Assembly (NCBI GenBank): GCA_964524715.1 | Contig: CAZGGF010000510.1 | Location: 850-64,849 of the forward strand | Direction: 5' to 3' | Source of the DNA: an uncultured Verrucomicrobiota bacterium | GTDB taxonomy: Bacteria; Verrucomicrobiota; Verrucomicrobiia; CAIQCK01 | DNA: 64,000 nt | In this document: piece after piece, positions 56,987-64,000 of the stretch | How positions within the stretch are numbered: the stretch's first letter is position 1 | How the letters are laid out: each line of letters starts with the position of its first letter | The notes under the pieces: generated by a model | Told to the model about the DNA's origin: nothing | Seen by the model: only the letters and a program-made list of their open reading frames with translations | Database searches by the model: none | Position numbers and translations under genes: made by a program

Positions 56987-59900
56987 ATGCGATATAAAGC
57001 ACCTCAACAACTTATGAGACTTCATCAGGCTGCCAAGGGTGGGATCGCGTTCGCACTCGCGTGTCTGTGCTCAAGCGCACTGGCAAGCGATTGGCCAATG
57101 CATCGTGCTGACGCGGGTCGCAGTGGATGTACGGCGGAACCGTTGCCGCAGAAGATGGAACTGCAATGGGTCTATCGCAGTGCAACGCCACGGCCAGCGT
57201 GGCCCAGTTCGGCGCGCATCACGTATGACTTCGCACACCAGCCGATTCTCATGGGCGAGACGGTCGTGCTCGGCAGCACGGTGGACAATTCGGTTGTCGC
57301 GCTCGATGCCGCCAACGGCCAGACTCGATGGAGGTTCTTCACGGGCGGACCTGTGCGGTTCGCGCCTGCGGGCTGGCACGACCGGGTGTTCGTCGCGAGC
57401 GATGACGGCTGGCTGTATGCGCTGGCGCTCGCCAATGGTGAGGTGTTGTGGAAACACCGCGGAGGGCCTGACGCGAGAATGTGCCTCGGCAACGAGCGGA
57501 TGATCTCGCGCTGGCCGGCCCGCGGTGGTCCGGTGGTTGTCGGAGGCACGGTCTACTACGCGGCTGGCATCTGGCCCAGCGGCGGTGTTTATGTTCATGC
57601 GCTGGATGCAAAAACCGGCCGAGTTGTCTGGACCAATGATCGCACCGGCCAAATGCTCATGGCACAACCCCATGGCGGGGCAAATGCTTACAGTGGCGTC
57701 GCACCACAGGGCTATCTGCTGGCCGCAGGCGAGCACCTGTTTGTGCCAACAGGACGTGCGGTACCCGCGTCGTTCCGACGCACTGATGGCGAACTGGAGC
57801 ATTACCTGTTGCAGGAGAACGGCTCCATGGGAGGGTCACGTGCGCTGGTTGCCGACACGTTCGTCGTCAACGGCGGCTGCTTCCTCGAACAAGCGACCGG
57901 CAAGCTCGCCGCGCGCGCGGGTCGAGGAGTGTTCAGCGTTGGTCCCGAGGGCGTCCTGCAGTTCACAGGTTCTCAACTGCTGTCCTATCGTTGGGGGGAG
58001 GTCGAGGCTCGTGACCGCAAGGGAAACACGACGCGTTCGCGTGGGCTGAAGAAGTGTGCGGAAATTAACCTCGCGCCTGAGAGCGAGTCTGTCCGTCGCG
58101 CTGCGATTGCCTCCCAGACACTTAAATCGCTGAAACCATTATTGCGAACCGACATCATTTTCAAGGCCGCCGACCCTGCCGTGGCACAGCAAACCGGCTT
58201 GGAGCGTGTCCTGGCACAGGCACGTCCCGATGTGGAACGTCTTGGCGCCAGCGTCACTCCATTCATGGCCTCAGCCTATGAACGCACCTGCGAAGTCATC
58301 GCAGCCGGTGACGAGGCTGTCTGCGGCTCGTCGAACAGCGTCGCGATTGTGGACTTGAAGGAAAGCCGGATTCGCTGGACGCGCAAGGTGGAGGGCAATG
58401 CGGTTGGATTAGCTACGGCGCGGGGTACGCTGCTGGTCTCGACAACCACAGGCGCAGTTTACTGCTTTGCAGAGGGCAAGCAGGCCAAGCCGCTGGCCAG
58501 CAAACCACGGCCGACCGCCAAGCCGCCCACCGAACGCGCTGACACGGTTCTGGCAGCGAAGGAGATTTTGCAGAAGAGCGGTGTCCGCGAGGGATTCTGC
58601 CTCCTTGTCGATTGCGGAGACGGTCGACTGGCGCTGGAATTGGTTCGCAAATCCAAACTGCATGTCATCGGAATTGAGAGTGACGCCGCGAAGGTGAACC
58701 AAGCGAGGCGGATGCTGGCCGATGCCGGCGTCCATGGCAACCGTGTGACCATCATCGAAGGTCAACTGGATGGATCGTTGTTTCCACGTTACTTCGCTGA
58801 CCTGATAGTCTCCTCCACACAACCTGACAAGGAGATGGTCGAGAAATGGCAGCGTCCCGCCGGCGGCGTCCTCTGTGTGGGCAACCCCGGAAATCTGGAA
58901 GTGCGCCGTCGCGGCCCGCTGGAGGGCGCAGGACTGTGGACTCACCAGAATTCCAACGCGGCGAACACGCTCTGCTCCGACGATGCACTCGTGCGCGGGC
59001 CGCTGGAAATCTCCTGGTATCACGATAGCGCGATCGAACTCCCGGATCGTCACGCACAGACTCCCGCGCCGCTATTCAACCGTGGTGTGCTGGTCGTCGA
59101 GGGCGTGCATGGCCTCTGCGGTATGGACGCCTACAACGGCCGGCCACTGTGGACCTACCCCATCCCAAAACTCCTGAGCGACTGGGACGGTGTTCACCAT
59201 GATGTCGGCGTGGGCGACAGCGGCAGCAATTTCTGTTTGGGTGATGCCTCCGTGTTCGTGCGAACCGGACAGCGCTGTCTGAAGCTCGATCTCGCGACCG
59301 GCAAAAAACTGGCCGAATTCACAACGCCCGCGTATGGCGCGTCCTCGAACCGCAACTGGGGTTTTGTCGCGTATGCAGACGGGCTGGTGTTCGGGACCGC
59401 GTTGAATGACGAGCATACCGTCAGCCCGCGCTATAAAGGCATCCGAATGCGAACCGAGTCAGTGCTGCTGTTCGCGTTTGACTCGAAGAGTGGCAAGTTG
59501 TGGTGGCAATACAAACCCGAACACTCGTTGCGCAACAACGCCATCGCTATCGCCGACGGCCGGCTCTATCTGATCGATCGCCCGCTGGCCATGGCCGACC
59601 GCATCACCGCTCCGAAACCGAACGGCAAGACAGGCGCGACGCTGAAGCCCGGCGAACAGCCCGGCGGCACGCTGATGGCACTGGATGCCCACAGCGGCAA
59701 GGTGCTATGGAAAGCAGACGATGACATTTTTGGGACGCAGTTGGCGGTCAGTTCCAGATACGGGGTGTTGCTGATGTTCTACCAGGCTGTGAGACATAAC
59801 TTCTTCAAACTCCCGTCCGAGGTTGGCAAACGCATGGCGGCATTCAGCACTTCCAACGGCCAGCGGATTTGGGACAAGGCCGTCATCTGCAAGACGCGAC

Positions 59901-60229
59901 CAATCATTAACGATGACACGATTTACGCCGAAGGTGGCGCGTGGAAGCTCAAGACCGGTGAGGAGGTGCCGTGGAAACTCGATCGATCCCATGGTTGCGG
60001 CCAGATCGCGGCCAGCCGGCATCTGATGCTCTTCCGCTCCGCGACACTTGCTTATCGTGATCTCTCCCGTGCAGCCGGCACGGAGAACTTCGGCGGCATC
60101 CGGCCAAGCTGCTGGTTCAACGCAATCCCCGCCGGCGGCATGGTGCTCGTCCCCGATGGTTCCGCAAAATGTGCCTGTAGCTATCAGATGCAAGCATGGC
60201 TGGCGCTGCAGCCCGCCGAAACACGATAG
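56987..60229 (+). CDS. PQQ-like beta-propeller / methyltransferase-like / propeller protein
   Basis: DWPMHRAD..RSG, ALDAANGQTRW repeats, FCLLVDCGDGRLA..HVIGIE, WTHQ..N, RPSCW, CACSY; alternative start 57014. Confidence 0.75.
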   Translation: MRYKAPQQLMRLHQAAKGGIAFALACLCSSALASDWPMHRADAGRSGCTAEPLPQKMELQWVYRSATPRPAWPSSARITYDFAHQPILMGETVVLGSTVDNSVVALDAANGQTRWRFFTGGPVRFAPAGWHDRVFVASDDGWLYALALANGEVLWKHRGGPDARMCLGNERMISRWPARGGPVVVGGTVYYAAGIWPSGGVYVHALDAKTGRVVWTNDRTGQMLMAQPHGGANAYSGVAPQGYLLAAGEHLFVPTGRAVPASFRRTDGELEHYLLQENGSMGGSRALVADTFVVNGGCFLEQATGKLAARAGRGVFSVGPEGVLQFTGSQLLSYRWGEVEARDRKGNTTRSRGLKKCAEINLAPESESVRRAAIASQTLKSLKPLLRTDIIFKAADPAVAQQTGLERVLAQARPDVERLGASVTPFMASAYERTCEVIAAGDEAVCGSSNSVAIVDLKESRIRWTRKVEGNAVGLATARGTLLVSTTTGAVYCFAEGKQAKPLASKPRPTAKPPTERADTVLAAKEILQKSGVREGFCLLVDCGDGRLALELVRKSKLHVIGIESDAAKVNQARRMLADAGVHGNRVTIIEGQLDGSLFPRYFADLIVSSTQPDKEMVEKWQRPAGGVLCVGNPGNLEVRRRGPLEGAGLWTHQNSNAANTLCSDDALVRGPLEISWYHDSAIELPDRHAQTPAPLFNRGVLVVEGVHGLCGMDAYNGRPLWTYPIPKLLSDWDGVHHDVGVGDSGSNFCLGDASVFVRTGQRCLKLDLATGKKLAEFTTPAYGASSNRNWGFVAYADGLVFGTALNDEHTVSPRYKGIRMRTESVLLFAFDSKSGKLWWQYKPEHSLRNNAIAIADGRLYLIDRPLAMADRITAPKPNGKTGATLKPGEQPGGTLMALDAHSGKVLWKADDDIFGTQLAVSSRYGVLLMFYQAVRHNFFKLPSEVGKRMAAFSTSNGQRIWDKAVICKTRPIINDDTIYAEGGAWKLKTGEEVPWKLDRSHGCGQIAASRHLMLFRSATLAYRDLSRAAGTENFGGIRPSCWFNAIPAGGMVLVPDGSAKCACSYQMQAWLALQPAETR

Positions 60230-60390
60230 AAACAGGTTGCCCCATCTTCTGAGTCAATCCAGCTTCAACACTAACGGAAATCATTGCCAGTCCCCAGTTC
60301 ACTACGACGCGGTTGCCTCATCGTAAATCGCTTGTTCACAGCAAACTTGTTCCACCTCGGGTCAATCCAGTATAAACTTTCCTCCTGACT

Positions 60391-62802
60391 ATGAAACATG
60401 CTCACGTCCTCTCGCTCACCGCACTGCTGCTGACCAGCACAGGTTTTCTTTCCACCGCAACAGCCACGGACTTTTATGTTGCCCCCAAGGGCAACGACAC
60501 CAACACCGGCACCAAGGACAGACCTTTTGCGACGCTTGAAGCAGCGCGTGATGCGGCTCGGAAAGCGGGCGCTGGACCCCATCGGATTATTTTGACGGCG
60601 GGAGACCATTTTCTATCAAAGACACTGGAACTGGACGCCCGCGACAACGGGCTGACGATGGAAGCGAGCGACGCCGGCAAGGTCACGGTTTATGGCGGCT
60701 CTCTCGTGACTGGATGGCGGCGTGATGGCGAGAAGTTCTGGTGCGCGGACTTGCCGGACGTGAAGGCTGGCACGTGGGATTTCCGCGCGCTGGTCGTGAA
60801 CGGGCGGATGCCGGAGCGGGCGCGATTGCCGGAAACGGGGACGTTACTCCACAAGAGCATGTTTGACGTGCGCTGGCTGTCGTCTGTCGGTGGTGGCTGG
60901 GAACGCAAGCCGACACAGGAAGAATTGACGACGATGATTTACGATCCGAAGGACATTCCAGCAACGCTCGAACCCAAGAACGCCGAAGTGCGCGTTTATC
61001 ACATGTGGGACGAGTCGCTCTGCGGTGTCGCGCGCAACGACACGGATCGCCACGCACTGCTTCTGACCCCCGCAGCCAAGTCTCCACCGGGCGCGTTTGG
61101 CGTAAAGAAATACACCGTCTTCAACACGCGCGAAGGCATGACCCAGCCCGGTCAATGGTATCTCGACCGCGCCGCGGGGCGTGTGGTGTATTGGCCGCTG
61201 CCGGGTGAAGACATGACGAAAGCCAAGGTCGTCGCGCCGCGGCTGGAACGGATGATCCGACTCGCCGGCAACGCGAAACAACCGGTGGAAAAGATCACCT
61301 TACGAGGACTCGCGATTCAAGCAACGACCACGCCACTGAAGTCCGGTGGGTTCGGCGCCTACGCATTCGAGGGCGCGCTCATCGTCGAGCGCGCACAGTA
61401 CTGTGTGATTGAAAAGCTCGAAGTCTGCAACGTCGGCGGCCAGGGCATCGTGGCGCGATTGGTTACCGACTGCCGCATCAGCGACAACCACATCCATCAC
61501 ATCGGCGCGTGCGGCATCAAGGCGGACGGTTCCTCCACACTCATCTCGAGCAATCATGTCCATCACGTCGGCGTGTATTATCCAAGCGCGGTCGCGCTCT
61601 CGGTGTCCACGCGCGGTTGGGACAAGGGCGAGAAAGGTTTCCAGGTCTGCCGCAACGAAGTCCACGATGCGCCTTACAGCGGCATGATCGGCAGCGGTGG
61701 CGGCCATGTTTTCGAGGAGAACCTGATCTACCGCGTTATGCGCGAGCTGCAGGACGGCGCTGCGATTTACGGCAGCATGTCGCGTTGTATCCTGCGCGGC
61801 AACATCGTCCGCGACGTGGTGAAGATGGGCGAAGGCTACGGCATCTCGTCCTACTACCTCGATGAGGGCGCGCGGGATTGCGTCATCGAGCGCAACGTCT
61901 CCGTCGGCGTCGAACGCCCCATCCACAACCACATCGCCCGGAATACCATGATCCGCGACAATGTCTTCATCGCCGCGACCAATATGACACTGTCGCTCGC
62001 GCGCTCCGGCGACATCACGTTTCAGGGGAACACGCTGTTCGCACCCGGCGAGCTTCTCGTCACTCCACCGAGCGCCGTCAAGCTCTGGACCAACAACGTC
62101 GTCTTCCGCAGCGGCGTTGACAAAACAGGCGCGCCGCAGGCGTTCACGATCACTTCCGCCATGCCTCCAGCGAAAGCGCCCGCGCGCCGGACTTACTCCG
62201 CCGCGGTCGAACGTGTTGCGCAGCCACCGGTTCTCGATGGCGAGATTGGCTGGGACGAATGGCCCCACGCATTACTGCACCTCGACCGCGAACCATCGCG
62301 CTGGAGCGCCAGCGGCGCGCCGGTGTATGCCAAGCTCGCCTATGACGACCAATGTCTCTACGTCGCGGTGAACGTCGTTTTCTTCGACATCACCAAACTC
62401 AGCAAAGGTTCCAAGTGGGGTAAAGACGACGGCGCGGAGGTCTGCATCGCCGGCAAGACGCCCGACGGCAAGCCTGTCAACTTTGTCGTGCACGGTTTCG
62501 CCGGCGGCACATTTGAAAGCGTCACTCTCGCTGGCGCGCCCGCCGACGCCGCCGAACGGCTCGGCAAGGCCGTGCGTTTCTGCGCCAAGCCGTATGGCAA
62601 GACCAAAGGTGATTGGAAGAGCGGCTGTCGCTACGAATGGGCCATTCCGTGGGACGCCATCGGCCTGAAACCCGCGCCGAAGCAGAAGATCGCCTTCAAC
62701 CTCGGCACCTTCCGCGCCGAAGACAAGGTCTGGCGCTGCTGGGAAGGCACGCTCCGCCAAAACTGGCGGCTCGATCAGGCGGGGACGATGCAATTGAAGT
62801 AG
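60391..62802 (+). CDS. Beta-helix glycosidase-like protein (GH141-like) with a C-terminal CBM9-like domain
   Basis: FYVAPKGND..GT..PFATLEAARDA, PGQWYLD, DGAAIY, YYLDE; PVLDGEI..DEW, AYDDQCLYVAV. Confidence 0.75.
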   Translation: MKHAHVLSLTALLLTSTGFLSTATATDFYVAPKGNDTNTGTKDRPFATLEAARDAARKAGAGPHRIILTAGDHFLSKTLELDARDNGLTMEASDAGKVTVYGGSLVTGWRRDGEKFWCADLPDVKAGTWDFRALVVNGRMPERARLPETGTLLHKSMFDVRWLSSVGGGWERKPTQEELTTMIYDPKDIPATLEPKNAEVRVYHMWDESLCGVARNDTDRHALLLTPAAKSPPGAFGVKKYTVFNTREGMTQPGQWYLDRAAGRVVYWPLPGEDMTKAKVVAPRLERMIRLAGNAKQPVEKITLRGLAIQATTTPLKSGGFGAYAFEGALIVERAQYCVIEKLEVCNVGGQGIVARLVTDCRISDNHIHHIGACGIKADGSSTLISSNHVHHVGVYYPSAVALSVSTRGWDKGEKGFQVCRNEVHDAPYSGMIGSGGGHVFEENLIYRVMRELQDGAAIYGSMSRCILRGNIVRDVVKMGEGYGISSYYLDEGARDCVIERNVSVGVERPIHNHIARNTMIRDNVFIAATNMTLSLARSGDITFQGNTLFAPGELLVTPPSAVKLWTNNVVFRSGVDKTGAPQAFTITSAMPPAKAPARRTYSAAVERVAQPPVLDGEIGWDEWPHALLHLDREPSRWSASGAPVYAKLAYDDQCLYVAVNVVFFDITKLSKGSKWGKDDGAEVCIAGKTPDGKPVNFVVHGFAGGTFESVTLAGAPADAAERLGKAVRFCAKPYGKTKGDWKSGCRYEWAIPWDAIGLKPAPKQKIAFNLGTFRAEDKVWRCWEGTLRQNWRLDQAGTMQLK

Positions 62803-62810
62803 CTCGCACG

Positions 62811-64000
62811 ATGAAAACCATCCCGAGGATACTGACTGTCACTGGTTGCTGTTTTCTGATTGCGTCCGTTCTGCTGGCCGAACCAGCCACGGCACTGCCA
62901 CCTCCCAAGAACCTGCTGCAGAATCCCGGGTTTGAACAACTCGACGCGGCCAACCGGCCAACCGGTTGGAAGTTGGCAGTTGGCCGCGTGAAATCGCCCG
63001 TAGTTGTCGAAGCGCCACACGGCGGAAAGACTGCCATGCGCTTGGAGGGCGACGGCCAGAGCGTCGCGTGGCAGCAGGAAGTCGCCGGATTGCCCACGCG
63101 CCACTACATGGCTTCAGGATGGTTTCGCGCCAATAAACTCCAGATCAGTACGGATAACGACCGGAAGGAATACGCACGTTTCTACTTCCACATCCTCTAC
63201 AAGGACCGGCCTTACACGGATACAACCCACGCCTACGTGGATATCCCGCCCGGTACGTATGATTGGAAGCGGCTCTCGGTCCGCCTCATCCCAAGAACCG
63301 AGTGGCCCATCGAAAAGATTCGCGTGACCGTCACCGCCCATTTCAGCGCGGGGGCGTTTGATTTTGACGATATTTCCCTCGCTGACGCGCCATTACGGAG
63401 CGGAGCGTTCGCCACCGAGTGGCGCAACGGCTCCAGCCCCGTGGTCATCACGGACATGGGGCTTTGCGCTCCCAGCAAAGCTCTGTCACCCAAAAGCGCA
63501 AAGAGACACTGGCAACTGATGAGTTACGAGGCGGAGCCGTTGAAGGGCAGAATGCTCTGGGCTTCTGACGAAGCCAACGCCCCTCCCCTCACCCTTCCGC
63601 TGAACACCAACGGCTGGCACGCTGTGTATGTCGGCCTCGCCGATCCCTCGGTGCTCGGCTGTCATGCGTTGCTTCGACTCACAAGCGATTCCGCCTACGT
63701 CCCTCGGACCCGAACGGCGGGACAGATCGAGGAAACGTTCTTCAAGGTCGCTGACCTGACAGGCCAGTCCCTCCACATCGCACAGGAGTCCGGCGGTCAG
63801 GGACGCAGTTGCGGCATTGCCTACGTCAAGTTGGTCCCTCTCACGTCAGATGAGGTTGCCGCCTTCAAGGCCGACAGGCAGGATTCATCATGTCGCAAAC
63901 TCGTAACAACCATAGACGGGTTCAGTTTCATCTATTCCCGCCGTCCAACCTCCATCGAGGCGCTGCTTCCGGAAGTGGAAACCTATCGCGACACGGACTT
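62811..64000 (+). CDS. Exported multidomain putative glycosidase (CBM4/9-like + second beta-sandwich); runs off the window end and is missing from the ORF track
   Basis: Manual translation open from ATG 62811 to 64000: MKTIPRIL...NLLQNPGFE...GW...DWKR...FDFDDISL...GWHAVYVGL...KLVTTIDGFSF. Confidence 0.75.
   Translation, partial: MKTIPRILTVTGCCFLIASVLLAEPATALPPPKNLLQNPGFEQLDAANRPTGWKLAVGRVKSPVVVEAPHGGKTAMRLEGDGQSVAWQQEVAGLPTRHYMASGWFRANKLQISTDNDRKEYARFYFHILYKDRPYTDTTHAYVDIPPGTYDWKRLSVRLIPRTEWPIEKIRVTVTAHFSAGAFDFDDISLADAPLRSGAFATEWRNGSSPVVITDMGLCAPSKALSPKSAKRHWQLMSYEAEPLKGRMLWASDEANAPPLTLPLNTNGWHAVYVGLADPSVLGCHALLRLTSDSAYVPRTRTAGQIEETFFKVADLTGQSLHIAQESGGQGRSCGIAYVKLVPLTSDEVAAFKADRQDSSCRKLVTTIDGFSFIYSRRPTSIEALLPEVETYRDTD

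Noticed and set aside
60253-60370. GTCAATCCAG repeated twice in an intergenic region
   Set aside because: Only 10 bp and two copies; could be chance or a small scar, with no supporting structure.
1-64000. CRISPR array, tRNA/rRNA, IS element, integrase or integron attC sites
   Set aside because: No regularly spaced repeats, cloverleaf, transposase/recombinase motifs or RYYYAAC/GTTRRRY cassette ends were seen by eye.

Overview
High-GC bacterial chromosomal segment. Gene content (Tat/Sec-exported glycan enzymes, DUF4838, PQQ-propeller and ceramidase-like families) suggests a PVC-superphylum organism, probably Verrucomicrobiota; this is an inference. 1-4.6 kb is housekeeping: rnr 3' end, LEA_2 lipoprotein, MidA/NDUFAF7-like methyltransferase, a stand-alone nuoA, and an RluA-family synthase. 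From 4.6 kb to the end is a roughly 60 kb, almost entirely + strand array of about 30 exported hydrolases/CAZyme-like proteins (six neutral-ceramidase-like paralogs, GH36, GH31, GH115-like, GH5-like, GH109-like, beta-helix, BNR propellers, esterases, peptidases), with no recognisable transporter or regulator. Two guest modules interrupt it: a DUF4160/DUF2442 toxin-antitoxin pair whose DUF2442 gene is frameshifted in a G7 run, and a lower-GC 809-aa HsdR-N-like nuclease + P-loop ATPase gene with its own sigma70 promoter. The latter is the best candidate for an undescribed single-gene defence system. Both guests are followed by the same 43-bp bipartite element. Also seen: a BNR gene split by one in-frame TAG, a candidate sRNA, a heptamer repeat inside a gene, leaderless promoters and domain duplications/fusions. 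Family calls come from motifs recognised by eye; no searches were run.
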